In this document: in pieces, positions 1 through 13,100 of the stretch | How the letters are laid out: each line of letters starts with the position of its first letter | How positions within the stretch are numbered: the stretch's first letter is position 1 | Notes under the pieces: model-generated | What the model saw: the letters and a program-made list of their open reading frames with translations, nothing else | What the model was told of the DNA's origin: nothing | Database searches by the model: none | Translations under genes and position numbers: made by a program | Source of the DNA: Dirinaria sp. TL-2023a | Taxonomy: Eukaryota | Length of the DNA stretch: 46,708 bases | Reading direction: 5' to 3' | Assembly: GCA_051941275.1 (NCBI GenBank) | Contig: JAVEBF010000028.1 | Span: 1 to 46,708 of the forward strand

Positions 1-635
1 GTACCTGCATCTGCCGGATCCGTCTTCTTTTTCCCTTTAGGTTTCCATCGGTCGAAGAAGTTGGGAATCGGAACCGAAACGATGAGCTAAACAAAGCATG
101 ACATTTCCCATCCATCCTTTTATTATTCAGGCACCACCGTGCAGAAAAGGGAGATTAGCGTCGAATCCCAAGCACCAATCGTAGCCAGTAATGGGCTAAT
201 TTGCTCCCATCCTCTGACCGAGCTAGGAAAGGGTCGAGCCCCCGGCCCCCCGTTCCTGGATTTACCCCTTCCACGTCAGCAGCAGCCGAGTCAAAGAGAA
301 AAAAACAGGGGTCTCGACTCTCGACTTTCTTTCGACCAGATCCATTTATTATTGTCGCGCGGGTTCGTGGACCGCATATCGATCGGGATCACATCACTGG
401 TAGCAACGTCAAATAAGTACACGTAAGGTAGTACAGTAGTAATAAGAAGCATCCACGTCTCCGGTGTCAGCAACGAATTCGGAAAATGCTGGTATGGTAA
501 ATAATGGAAGGAAAGAGTAAGATAGAGTACATTTTAGGCAATGATTATTGGAAAGCTAAGGTAAGGGAAGTGGGAGGATGACAGGATGTGCGGTGTGCCG
601 AAGGAGTGGGACGGGCAGTTGGCACTTGGCAGTTG

Positions 636-656
636 AAAAAAAAAAAAAAAAAAAAA
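636..656 (+). repeat. Poly(A) tract, 21 nt
   Basis: Uninterrupted A run in intergenic DNA. Confidence 0.9.
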
Positions 657-1518
657 GGCTTCCCACTCCGTCCGGCAACGGGAGCGCTTCTTCTGCCCTG
701 CCCATCGGGGCTAAAGATTTGCCGTACCTTACCTTACCCACTAGTACTGCTCGTACCTTTACCAGAAGGTAGTGACTGCCGTGCTATTCAGCCTATTCTT
801 CCATCCATTCCTGACCACTGCAAACTCAATTTCTGACAGACGCCAGCCGAGCCGAGCCAAGCCGAGACAGCCCGGCAAGGCTCCACTTTGTCCCTCCTTC
901 TTTCCTTTCAATCGATAATAATTCCTCGTTCTCACATCTTCCCCCTCCATCATCACATGCCGGATTCGCCTGCATCGGTCACGTAATGATGTCCCACCCA
1001 CCTACCTTACCTTACTATCTCCTACCGACATGACTCGACTACTGCACTGGTCACTCTAGAATCAAAAGACCGATCAATTGATCGAGTAACAAGTATTGCA
1101 ATCTTACTGTCCTTCTAGCGTCGCAGCAGGCCAAGGTCAATAGTCACGGCCGAGAGACACAGACATACAGAGTGAGAGAGACATATCCAGCGCATCCTGT
1201 CATTTTGCCTGTCGATCGTGTCCAGGATCAGTGGATCGAGATGATGCAGAGAGCAAGTAGCAACCAATCAATTGATTTCGTTATCTCATCCGTCACGTGC
1301 AAAGCAAAAGGCAATAGGTACGGTAGCTAAATCTCTCTGCGCTACCTCGCTGCTCGATGCTCGATGCTCGACTCTAAGGTATCAGCAATGTCTGCAACTG
1401 CCTAGGGTATCATCCGTCATCATCCACGCCATTGCTGGAGAAAATTTCTATGTCGCAGCAAAAATCGCAACCACTATGGCCGCTCATGCTTCTGCCATGC
1501 AAGCTTGTGCGAAGGGAG

Positions 1519-1534
1519 AAAAAAAAAAAAAAAA
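1519..1534 (+). repeat. Poly(A) tract, 16 nt, just downstream of the SCC2 stop (poly-U in the SCC2 sense)
   Basis: Uninterrupted A run read directly. Confidence 0.9.
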
Positions 1535-1647
1535 CGTGATTCGGCAAGCCCCGTCGGGCTCAACGCTTGTGGCCCTGTCTTTCTGAACTCTGCGTGATTC
1601 GCTTCGAAGTTTCTTCCTCTTCGATCCCAAGTGGAACCGGACCTACT

Positions 1648-4600
1648 TCAGTCCGATTCGTAGTCATCATCCATGCTCTTTGCGCTCTGCTTCCTCTTGA
1701 ACGACGGCCTTGCGCCCCTCTTCTGTTTCTGGGGGGTTCCGGCAGCAGACACGGAACCCTTTCTTTTCAGCGTTCTCGACCCGCCACTGGCTGGCATGAA
1801 CACTTCTCTCTCTTCGTCTCCGCTAGGCGTCTGTAGACGTTCCACGCCCCCCTCCTCACCCTCCGAAGCCACTTTGACCTCACTATCCACTGACATAAGT
1901 TCCACGAAATCTCTGCATTGGCTCAACATGGTTTGGTGGCTTTCCAGGGAACGGAATTTATCCGCGATTGCCGTCGCCAGCCTTTCACCCGAGATCCCCG
2001 GCACCCTACTGGGCGCTTTGTTGAGGTCCTTCGCCGGAGTCTTCGTTTTGCTTTCGCGACGCTGTTGATTCGATGGGAGGCCGTACAAGCGCCGAAGGAA
2101 CGTTCTTGCCTCCCATAGGCAAGATAGGATGATCGATCCGTTCGTAAGCTGCCGTAACCTTAACGGGTCGACATCATCCTTGGCAGTAGAGCTGTGCTGT
2201 CCTTGCCCTCGCCCATCCTTTCCATCTTCCATGATGGTGTCTATCTTCATCTGGAATATCTCGGTGCTGATGCTGTGCGCAATGCCTGATCCGGTACCTG
2301 AGACGATTTTTTCCATACACAGAATTGCATGCAACACGTCGTCCACATGTGCGTAATCAAAGAAGGCCAGATTCTCGATCAAAAAGCGCGCAAACTCCAA
2401 CGCGGGTTGCGGATCCGCTTCCGCATTGAGCTTATTAGGCTCGAAGTCCACCTTCGCGCAAAATCCGGAGAGGAATTTTTTCTGGTATTTGCCTTTACTC
2501 GTTTTGATTACATCGAACATTGCCGCCAGTTTCGAGGTATAAGGCTGGCTGGTGTAACCCAAAGTGTTGTGGACAATGTTCTTCTGGTAATTGAAAGCCT
2601 CACTGATCGCCTTCATGTATTCTCGTTCGAACATACTCTCATGCTGTTGATGGAGATTGCGATGTGCTTGGAAAGCAATATCGGCGATGGCTGTATTGGT
2701 CGAAGTCTCTAAGGCTACTAGAGCGGGACCGGACTCCTTAGGGTGGACGAGGCCTTGACGATTAATGCTTGCAATAACTTCAGTTGCCGTGAGAGCCGAG
2801 GTATCTTGACTCGCCAAAGCAATATGCAATACGCTTTTCAGGAAGCGCTGCGCGATAAGCGCAGACGCGCCATCGCTATCGCTCGCTGTCATCGATGCTC
2901 CAAGCTTGCCGTTGGTAGCCTCTTTACCCTCGTCAACAGACTCTTCCGGTTTGGCTTCCGACTGCCGTTCTTGCTTTGCGAAGAAGTCGCGGAAGCCTGA
3001 AAGTACAATGTTTTGAAGATCCGATTCATCGCCGACCAGTACCTTTTTGAATGCGTTGCTGATGTGTTCCTGGTTGAACTGATAAGGCCATGATTGACAG
3101 ATGAGGCTAATACTATTGAAAGCGTCGCCTCTGAGTGGCAGCGGCTGCGCATCGCTTGCAAAGGGAAAGATGCAATTGATAATCAGTCCGGCCACTGACG
3201 AGCCTTTCCACCACGGCAAGGACTCGTGAAACATTTGTCGGTGTTCCTCGAAATCGCAGTGCTTGCCGAAGTATCCTGCGATACGAATGTACTTCCTCGT
3301 CCGACTAACGATGTCCTTCACGTTTGCGCCTGTAAAACTGTCGTTCTTTGACACGTAGAGATTCTTGATGACTGATATCGTCAGCTTAACGAGCTTCTCC
3401 GTGTTCTTGAGTGCGCCGTTGATGGTCCATAGACAGGCAGCTACCTCATCGAGCTCCATGATCCCTAGCTTCGCCACGCTCTGTAGAAGCGCATTTTGCA
3501 CCTCACGAAGCAGATGTAATTGGAAGTTGGGCATAGTCGGCAATACGCAGCGAAACACAATGACGGTAGATCGAAATAAGTGTAGATCATCTGTGTTGGA
3601 CAAATTCGCTATGTAAGGCTGCAGATGCTTAAGCTGGTCGGGATCAAAGAGCTGTGCATTGGCCATGGCAAAAATTGTAAGGAGTCGCAGAAGATCTCGC
3701 TGTTCGTAGGACTCATTCTCGGTGACTGTATCAATCATAGTGTCGAATGCGGTGGCCACGAGAGCTTTGCATACTTTAAAATTCCCTGAGGCGCTCTTGG
3801 AAGTGGCTGATAGTAGGTCCTTGATGAGAGACACTAAAATAGATGAAGCACTCTCGCTTCGCTGCAAGGTCTTGACAATAATACCAATTTGGGCCAGTAG
3901 AGAAAGTCTTGCCTGAACTCTGGGCTCGGCTGCTTCAGCATAAGTACATAGCGGCGACATCCAGATATCTTCGAACGTTTGACGAGCAAGATCTGAAACG
4001 CTTTTATCTATATCGCGGATACGTTGTAAAAGAGTATCACATATTGCGGCCCTCAAACCTTGTGTGGTGTTGCGCACGTAAATATCTTTCAAAAGCTTCA
4101 TGGCACGCTTCCGTACGCCAACGGCGGAGTCATTGCTAAGGACCAGTACCGATTTGCAGAATTCCTGCTCCAGAGCAGGCCTCAGAAGAACACATTTACC
4201 TATCAGCATCAAAGCCGAGTCACGAACCATCGACGACCGGTCAGAGGCACATTTCATGAGGAGTACTTTGACGTTTCTGGCGCGGTCTAATAGTGTCGGA
4301 TCTTTTTCTAGCATGTGCGTTACACTCTTCAGACTTCTCGTGCGTACTGTAATCTGCTCACTGCTGATAGAGTCCAGCAGGATCTTGAGTACCCGATCGA
4401 ATTGCTTACAGAAGTCCATACTCAAGACGGTCAGTACGTACGCCAGCCGGATCTGAACATTCGATGTTGCTTCTGAAGTGCTAGTATATGTGTTACTATT
4501 GTCAGAGCAGCATGGCTTGGAGGGCACTTACTCTGAAGCAATCCATTGGGAAGTCGACAAGGAACGTCGCAGTTGAATCGCTAGCTTCTCGGCTTTCCCC

Positions 4601-7419
4601 CCAGCTTGCAAGTTACCATTAGCGACCGCCTTGCCCCACTGACTGAGGTAATACGCCTGGGCACTTCTCAACTGCGAATCCTCTGTGCCATTCGGCTGTA
4701 AGTGTTCGACAACGACACGGTATGGCCCCTGCCATCCAAGTAATTCGTCAGGATCCAGCGCTCCGTCGGTGTATTCGTCTAGCGTTTGTTTCAAATACCC
4801 ACTGAAGTCAGACTCATCATTGTCAAGACTTTTCACTGCTTGCCGAGTACTAGCTACTAAATCGGAGATTGCGGAGCCCATCAGACCAAGGAGCTCTAAT
4901 GCCATGTTCTTCGCAGGGGCATTGAATTTGGGTTTCTCTGCAATCTCGACTAAATGGACTAGAAGAGCTCGTAGGAGAAGCTCAGCGGCTGGCCATTCCG
5001 GCTGACCTAACACAGCAATCAAGTCTTCGCAGAAAATATCGAGAAGGTGCCGATGAGGTTGATCGCCCGTCTTGGGAGCTGTCATTGCTCGAGAGACGAA
5101 GAATCGGATGACGTATTGCGCGCTTTTGCCGGCACTATCACTGAGTGAGTTCGCCGTCCTAGATAAACGTCGTAGGGCATTGTGGTAGCTAGACTGTGAC
5201 CCACTTCCTTGTTCTGATTCGTCAGAAGAAGAGTGCTGGCCGTTGTCATGAGCTTCAGGTTCGCTATCCGTGTCCAAGAGTGGCAAAGTAGAAGCTTCCT
5301 TCGTGCGCTTGAGGAGACTTGCTTGAGCGCTTGTCTGCACTAGCCTTAGAATGAGGGCCGAGACCAGCTGGATGTTGATTCCGGCAGCCAGCTTGTACTG
5401 TCTTGCCTGCTGGCGCGTCGTAGGCAGCTTCTGCAAAGATGTCAAAATCTCGTCGAAGATTGAAGACCTTTGATCTGGATAACGTGTGAAGATCGCCGTG
5501 ATCATGTCCATCGCAGTTCGCCGTAAACCTTCGAATTTCTGGATGCCTAGAAGAGAGTCTTTCTCGTTGTGTGCGTTCTCGATGAATAGAACATGGGTAG
5601 CAAAAAATTCAACGGCATTAATGATGTTCTCTGCCATATCGACCCGCGCCAGAAGCTCGGCCAGAAGACCCATGACTTTAGTTGCATGGTACAAGAGCTG
5701 AGACAAGGCCTTCCTATGCGGACTCGCTGGCTGGAACAGGGCGGTACAGGCCTCACTGTTCCTAGATTCGACTACCGGTATGATGCACATTTTAAGCAAT
5801 CTGTCGAGCAATCGCAACACGCTCTGCAATAGCTCTTCTGAATAGAGTTCCTTCTCTTCGCGACCGCTCGTCATAATCCTGAGAGTTGTTCGAGCAGACC
5901 GTAGACCTAACTCAACGTCGTCGGTTCGTGAAATCCATTGCTGGAAGTCGTCATCACCCCAAGAAGTTTCAAGTCCAAAGTCCGAGGCCTCCGCTGTTGC
6001 AATTGATCCCTCACACAGCTTTTGCAGTCGAGATAGCGTTTCGGCGGGGATTCTCCCTAACGTACCTAGTGAGATTGCTTTATGCAAAGTAGAGTCCAAT
6101 TTAACTTGGACGGCTGGAGAAAGAGTGAGTCCACTGCCATGTTCAGTGCTTGTTGTAACGAAATAGCCTGAATTATTTGGTTGGTTGAGTGCTGCGTTCT
6201 CGAGATGCGATTGGTCTTCAGCTTCGAAGATCTCCTGTATCATATCTGACAAGTGAGCTAAAGCTTCATCAGCAGCTGCTTTCAGGTCTCTTGTCTGAGT
6301 GGCAGTAGTTAAGTTATTATTCCCGCTCTCTCTCTTTCGCTTTCGATCGTTAGGCTCATCTGGCACAACGTAATCACTCGGACGAGCGTCCAGAGGAAGC
6401 GGAGGTACAATTACTTGCGGAAATTGCCTCTGGTCTTGGGCTGCAGCTAGGTGAGTTCCAGGCCACAAGAGTTGTGCATTGCGTTCGAAAGCACGCTCGT
6501 TCTGAGGAGTAGAGGGTGCCGTTGGGGGTTGATTCCTAGGCTGAGGCACTTGATTTCGATTTTGCGGGCGTTGAGGGTCAGGTGTTCTAGGATCGACTGG
6601 CTTGGTAGGACTTGCAGTATCTGAAGAGCTCGGCGATGGGTCTATAATTCATTATCTTCAACGAAGTGACCTTTCGTACAGCCACGATATGCTTACACTT
6701 GTAGGTGAGGGCGGTCTCGTTGAGTAGCATGCTGGCGAAGTGATTGAGCTGCTTGAAGGACGCCGGTGGTTCTGTATCTTGTTCATCAGATGTCCTTGCT
6801 GGCGGTTTTTCGCTAGGCTTTGCTAGAGGTTTAAATTTGCTGTTCTTTGGAATAAGCATCAAATAGCCTTCAGTTCTGGTAGACTGCACTCACAATTCCG
6901 TGACAGCTCCCTTTTGCAGATAGGGCTGCAAATCCTTCAATACTTTTTGTGCCCTCGATGCTTGCCCCATATTTTGCAATATGTCATGGTCTAAGAGCTC
7001 CAGCGAGTGTCGAGCGGCGCGCTGCTCCTGTGGGGTTGAAAGGATCGGCTGGTGGCACGAATGATTCGCGGTGGGGGCAGGAATGATTTCTAGATGCAAA
7101 AAGAAGTCAGTATGTGAATCTATGTAAATAGAAGTGACGACATACCCGAATTGAAGGGTACAATTGAAGATAGAGGGGAGTACTTCAGTGCCTCGTCAAC
7201 CGTAAGAAGCCTCGCTTGGGGGGTGGTAATGCCATTCAACGATTGCCTGTTGCTTTGCAGGGCATTCTTTACCGTGGGCATCTGGTAAGGCTGCTGCATC
7301 TTCTTCTGAAGAAGATCAGTACTACCCGCGCCTGAAGCACCACCTTGGTATTTATTGTCATTGGGTATGTGCGGCGCCGGATGCGCTCTGGGTCCGGAAG
7401 GATACGATGAGGGAGTCAT
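1648..7419 (-). CDS. SCC2: Cohesin loader subunit Scc2/Mis4/Nipped-B (NIPBL), about 1851 aa, 5 exons
   Basis: Exons 7419-7146, 7089-6894, 6839-6697, 6641-4532 and 4480-1648 are joined by GT-AG introns and sum to 5556 nt in frame. They link ORFs 7120..7509, 6890..7099, 6587..6889, 4528..6549 and 1648..4527. Family-typical segments: N-terminal LTVDEALKYSPLSSIVPF, PEWPAAELLL, HEAT region VRDSALMLIG...VGVRKRAMKLLKDIY, and QGLVHPKESGPALVALETS. The start ATG (7419) is inferred. Confidence 0.92.
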
Positions 7420-7702
7420 TGTTCTTCGACAGGCCGAAGAACCGATTATACTCGGATTCGCGAATTCAGGGTGGATACAGCCAGCCTCTTTCCATACTGC
7501 CTGGTCCACTGACGTATGGAAAGCCGCCGATGAGTTCGAATTTGAGGAAACTCACAAGAGCAGTCTCGGCCAATAAAAGGTACTTTACATTTAGATAGAG
7601 TTGAAAAGCAGTCACGCCTCCGTCCTTCACTCGAGCCGCAAACAGATTCGGTAGGGTTCAGCGCTAAGCCTCATCGGGCACTTCGCGCCGCCATTTCCGT
7701 TT

Positions 7703-7753
7703 CTACTCTTCATTCTTCATTCTTCACTCTTCACTCTTCACGCTTCACTCTTC
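7703..7753 (+). repeat. Degenerate heptamer tandem repeat (CTTCAYT)n in the SCC2/RPA12 divergent promoter
   Basis: Sequence ctactcttcattcttcattcttcactcttcactcttcacgcttcactcttc, about 6-7 units. Pyrimidine-rich tract upstream of the RPA12 ATG. Confidence 0.8.
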
Positions 7754-7833
7754 TGTCACTTCAGATGGGGTAAATGAAGCTTGCACAGTTTTGGAAGCGC
7801 TCTGAACTGATCCTCGCCTAGACATTATCAAAT

Positions 7834-8257
7834 ATGGCAGCTATTGGCTCTCTAGTCTTCTGTACAGCATGCGGGAATCTTCTGGAGTCGTCCTCAGGCG
7901 AAAAGAGATCGATGATCATATGCGAGATCTGCGGCACCGAAAACAAAGGTGGAAGGAATTCAAGCTCGAGTCCGGATTCGGGAGGACTGATCTAGGCTCG
8001 CAGATACTTCATCAACCACCATCACCACGAAATCCAAAGCTTCCGCCTTTCCCTCGGCCCTGCGCTCCAAGCGCTCTGCGGTGCAAACATTGACTGCGGA
8101 GGATGTGCGGACCATGGCGAAGATCAAGGAGACGTGCCCCGAGTGTAGCCACGATGAGGCGACATACCAAACACAACAGCTGAGAAGCGCGGATGAGGGC
8201 AGCACGGTGTTTTATACGTGTGTGAAATGCGGATATAAATTCAGCACCAACAATTGA
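7834..8257 (+). CDS. RPA12: DNA-directed RNA polymerase I subunit A12 (Rpa12), 122 aa, 2 exons
   Basis: Not in the ORF track. Exon 1 7834-7948 (MAAIGSLVFCTACGNLL...CEICGTENK), intron 7949-8003, exon 2 8004-8257 (..FPSALRSKRS..IKETCPECSHDEATYQTQQLRSADEGSTVFYTCVKCGYKFSTNN*). Two zinc ribbons and the TFIIS-like QLRSADEG motif. Confidence 0.95.
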
Positions 8258-8363
8258 AGCTTTTCTTGCATGAAAGTCTATGTACAAGAGATGGCGAGGT
8301 TGGCAGGCGCGAGCGTGAGATGGTTCGATAACGCGTTGCGAGTCGAAGTGGGTTGACCCGTCG

Positions 8364-9466
8364 TCACTCCTTCACTCTAGAGAAATGCGAGTATTCCGCC
8401 TCCGGTACGATAGCATACTCCTTCTCGCCATTCTTCTCGAACTCAGCCATATCCAGCGCTACGATCACGCTGTCTCGCACCACCTGCTCCGGGTCATCCA
8501 AATATTCCCTGAGCAGGTCTTCCACGCCTTCTTCGTCACCGAGGCTGCCGAGGGCTTCGGCAGCCTCGTGTCGCACCATACTTTCCTCTTGGGTGTTTCG
8601 CAGCGTCGCAGTAAGACTAGGGATGGAGGCAGGGTGGGACAATTGACCGAAGACGAAAGCAATTTCATGACGGAAAAGCGCAGACTTGTCCGTGAAGCCG
8701 GATGCTAATGCTTGGACTGCGGATGTAGCAGTTGGTAGGTCGGGAGGAGAGGCGAGATCTCGAAGGGCAAACATGGCACGGTAGCGCTCAAAAAGAGGGG
8801 ATGAAGTGTCGAGCAATTGATGCTGGAGCTCCGGTATCGAATATCGATGCGCTGTCTGGGCAAGTGGTGGAGCGGGATCTATTGATGCAAAATCACTGCT
8901 CAAAAGGGTTAACTTTCGAAGATGAACTCCACGAAAAGAGTCCTTCAATCGGGAACCAACCTGTCCTTTAACCTCTCTCCCTTCCTTGTCCCTCCATGTT
9001 CCCACTCAATCCTCCTCACAGCGAGCTCACAAGTCTCTCTTAATACTTCCAGCTCTTGCTGATCGTCCCTCATTCCCCGTAGTAGCTCTAGACTCGCCTC
9101 GTGCCCCAGGGCACCTAGTGCCTCCGCTGCTTCGTGCCTGCACATTGTATCCTGATCTCTGTCATCGAGAACCTGTCTGAGATATGGTGCCGCGTTCAAA
9201 TTGCGCGTCTGCCCCAGGCAATATGCCAGTTCGTGTTTGAGCAAGGCGGAGGGCGACGGAAAAGCGGCGGCTATGGCTTCGATGGCGGGGAGGGTGAGTG
9301 GTGTCGGTGGAAATTCCGAGGCATGATGCTTGAGCGAGAAAAGGGCGCGGAATCTGCGAGCGAGCGGGGCGGATTCGGACGTGAGGACCTTACGGAGGGG
9401 CGTGATCGTGGCCTCGGCCGATGGCGCTGGTGTAGAGGAGGGAGGAGATGTCGCCGAGGGCGCCAT
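8364..9466 (-). CDS. LIA1: Deoxyhypusine hydroxylase (DOHH/Lia1), 345 aa, 2 exons
   Basis: Exons 9466-8961 and 8895-8364, intron 8896-8960. The junction restores ERLKDSDFASIDPAPP. HEAT-like repeats carry the four HE iron-binding motifs LKHELAY, CRHEAAE, FRHEIAF and VRHEAAE, plus RFRALFSL and RYRAMFALR. Confidence 0.95.
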
Positions 9467-9620
9467 AACAGATAACGGAAATATCCACGTGGGTTCGGTG
9501 GGTGTTTTGGTGGCTACAGGAATGAAAATGCTAAAGGCCCTGCTTAGTACAGTATGATCGGCGTTAGTGCCACCGGAGCTTAAATAACCTAATGTCACCT
9601 AAACGATCCAACGGATCACT

Positions 9621-9632
9621 TAAGGTACCTTA
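9621..9632. promoter_or_regulatory. Perfect 12-bp palindrome TAAGGTACCTTA upstream of LIA1 (candidate cis-element)
   Basis: Read directly, 155 bp upstream of the LIA1 ATG. Same core as the dynein-promoter repeats. Confidence 0.4.
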
Positions 9633-10166
9633 GCTATGGTACAGTAGGTAAGATAAGATACATCAAAGGGCTGGGTTTTGGCGAGGTCCCTGGAGCCGTT
9701 GCTCGGAAAATGGATTATGAGCTTTGAAGAGGTCGCAAAATTAAGCCATTCCGTCTGTCACAGCGTTGAAAACAGTAATCGGCGCAGTCACTCCATTATA
9801 TGATGAATAGATTGAGGGTTACTTCAGTTCCCAGTGAAGCGCTCGAGGATCTAGTCTGATCTTCATATTCTATGATCGAATATTGCACATTCCCTGTGGA
9901 CGTTTGCTGGACATTTACAGGCACAATCGTAAACCACTGTATTCCTGCGTCCTAAGAGCAGATGCGACGAGACAAAAACGCATAAAGCAAGCAAGGGTAT
10001 ATCCGTCATGCTCCCTTTTCCTCTGGCAGGATCGGGATGCCAGAACGCCAGAGGAAATGCGTCCAAGTGAAATGCACCGACGCCAGCAATGCTCGCTCGC
10101 CAAATGCGCTGCACGTGTAACCCACCAACACCATCAACTAACAAAGGAAATCGAGTCGTGCATGGA

Positions 10167-13100
10167 CTATCCAGGACCAGTGGAGACTTCCGCCACCGAT
10201 TGCTGTCCTTCATCCAGGATCTCCGTAATTCGAGCAACATTTGCAATGGTTTCTCCTCCATGCCCTACAAGCAGCAATTTCCCCGCATTCGCTGGCAAGC
10301 CCAAATACGTGGGTGGCTCACGCTCAGGCAATCTATTGATCCATTGCATGAAATCTTGCAAGCTGGTGCCCGAAGGCACGTTTAAGCCTCCGTCGCTATC
10401 GTCGGCGTCGGCTTTTACAGCTTCTGTTGCAGCTGGATCAACCAGGTAGTACTCGTCATCGAATGCTGCAGGGGTAAGAATCTTTTGTACAACTTCCGAT
10501 AGTCGCTTGAAGTCGCCATCATCGTCGATTTTCCCACCATATGTTTCGATGATAAGAGTCCGCATCAAATCCCACGGCAGTTTCGCGGGGGTTATGTTGG
10601 TTCGGCCTTGTGCTGCGAAAGCAATCCATGTATCGATGATAAAGGCTGCACACTCATACTGGCAATTGTCAGTCTCAACCTACCAGTCCAAGGGCGGAGC
10701 AACTCACATCGCTGTCGTTAAACTCCCAATAGCCTTTCCATCCTAGGGTCGGCGTATAACGTAGGCGTTCCTGGATTACTGCGTGCAAGAAAGAAAGCAA
10801 CAGGTAGAGCCTGGTCTTCTCCACCGGTGGCTGTACAGCCCGTAAAGACTGAGATGACAAAGAATCTCTCATATTTGCGCGAATACCAGCTGGCTGCTCG
10901 TACATTAGCACTCTGGATGACCGAAGGAGGTTCACTGGAATCTTTAAGCCCGTCTCCATTGATAAGAAAAGCCGAAATTCAGAATGTGGTTTTAATGAAC
11001 TGAGTCTTTTTTCCAGGCTTTGCAGCCATATGGGCGCAAGATGAACGTTCTTGATTAGAACCCATGAACCATTGGCGGCAGCGTTACTGATAGCTTTGTC
11101 GGCGCTTCCTACCCCTTCGGAAGAGCCCATGGCCGTGTTTGAGCATGTAACTTTTAACCTTTCAACTAGATTATCAACTTTGTAGCTGGCATCGAAGCCT
11201 GGACTCGAGCTCAATGCGATAGGTGTTGTTGCCGATGTCTGGCTCACGACCTCTGCCAGATCGCCAGTCGTATTCCAGAAGCCGGGGCCAAAGACGGCCG
11301 TGACGAACCTCTCGGCTGCGGGCACGAAACGATCAAGCCTGAATAACTTGATAAGTAAGAGCGAACGCAAATGCTGGTCAAGCATGTTTGTTGATTCGTC
11401 CCAGACTTGAGGCACAACATTCTCAGCTATTTCCTCAGTAAGAAATTGATCCCACTGAACCGTAGTAATATTCGGCAAATATTCCCGTAGCTCTGGCAGA
11501 CGCAAGGCTTTCTTTTGTATTTCCGGACGCTTCTCGGGGCCCATCGAAGCATCGCAACCTTCTAAAGCGTCCTCCATAATCCTGTCAATGAGGCTCCTAT
11601 CCATCGGATAGGGAGAAGCGCGGGCCAATAAGAGCCCAAGAGTGATATGATCCTTTTGAAGTAGGCTCAGAGACGTTCTCTGATAGGTTTTCACGAAAAG
11701 ATCGCGAAGAATGACATCTCCACGGGAAGTATAGTCATGGAGAGATTGCAGATTGGGATTTTCTCGCAGTACGGAGCTGAAGATATCCAAGAAGAACTGC
11801 AGCGAGAATTGGTAGAAGTGATTGAGGTAGTGAAGTTGTTCAAGAACAGCGAAGACGGCACTGCAAGACTGAGCAATCTTGCTGTACTGTAATGTGATTG
11901 TCTCAACTTCAGCCATAACACCCTCTGTCTCCGACATCTTCCTGGAAATTTCGGCGGCCTCCTTTTTCAGTGTCTCAAGGGTTTCGATGACAACGTCGTC
12001 ATCCAGTATGTTGCCTTGCGACTGATTCAGTGCTTGAAGTAGACGCTTCTCAAGCCCTCGCAAATGTGTGGTGAACTCGCCCTGCATCTTAATGAGATTC
12101 ATCCGTCTCTGTTCAACGTCCGGTCGTTCGGACTTGAGGACATCGTTCAATGATTGGGTTTGAAGACTGCTTGAGGTGACGGTGAAATTGACAAATGTGG
12201 TTCGACTGCAGACGTCAGGCGCGAACACAGCTGAAGGATCTCTTGTGGATAAATAGAGCCTAAAGGCAGGCGAAAAGTCTATTTCTTGCTTCCCCAGCTT
12301 TATCAGGACTCGGCCCCCCGTCTTTTGATACTCTTTGTTCAGTACATGGTTTAGCACCGGATCAAGGTGCTCGGCATCTTGAATCAATAATGGATTTCCA
12401 AATCGAAGAGAGCTTTCTAACTGTTTGACGAAGGAGTCGTCAAGAAAACTTGTAACAGTCAGACGACGTTCGGTATTCTCGTTCCTGAGGAAATCCGTCG
12501 CCCTTTCGGAAGGATCGATGATCAATGGATAGCGGTTGAAGCGTCTCAAGATGATGGCATTTTCGGTGCAAAGATCATCGACCGGCAGTCCATGCTTTTG
12601 CCATCCCATACGCTCGTCCGCATTCGACAAATACTCCGTGACGGGGTTGTGTGTTTTGAAAGAGATACCCGATAAAGTGAGGTGCTCCAGCCAGTCATCA
12701 GTCATTGCTTTACGGAATTGTTGATCGTAGAGCCCGCTGTAGGCGAGGAAAGCTGCAGCGACAAGTACATCACCAACAATGGTACTGATTTGTGTTTCAA
12801 AAGATTTGCTCCCTTCCTCCCAACGAGTCCGCTCGGACGACAGGCTGTCAAGTAGTCTGACACTGCGATTGACTTTGAACTCCACCTTGGACATCTCGGT
12901 CTTGATCGTTTGAGTTTCGCTTATTAAGGCAGCGTATTCTGACTTGTACGTAGCAATGCTTCGCTCAAGCTCGGCAATCTTGTTCTCTATTGCTTGTGCC
13001 TCGGCTTTTGTCTGCAAAGCTTGCTCTTCAAGCTGCTCAGCTTCTTCGCGGAGAGGACCGACACGGTCTAGAATAGCCGAGTAGTTGACCTGAGCCTCTA

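Noticed and set aside
1..1647. Short ORFs in the first 1.6 kb (for example 139..426, 578..772, 1272..1586)
   Set aside because: No recognisable domains, and their poly-Lys or poly-Phe stretches come from A runs. The region looks intergenic or UTR-like.
4481..4531. Apparent split of SCC2 into two abutting ORFs (pseudogene or readthrough)
   Set aside because: Explained by a canonical 51-nt GTAAGT...CTAG intron that contains the stop codon.
9800..9859. Possible box C/D snoRNA (ATGATGA ... CTGA)
   Set aside because: Only 60 nt, no terminal stem outside the boxes, no clear C'/D' pair and no rRNA-complementary guide I could identify. A snoscan or Infernal hit would be needed.
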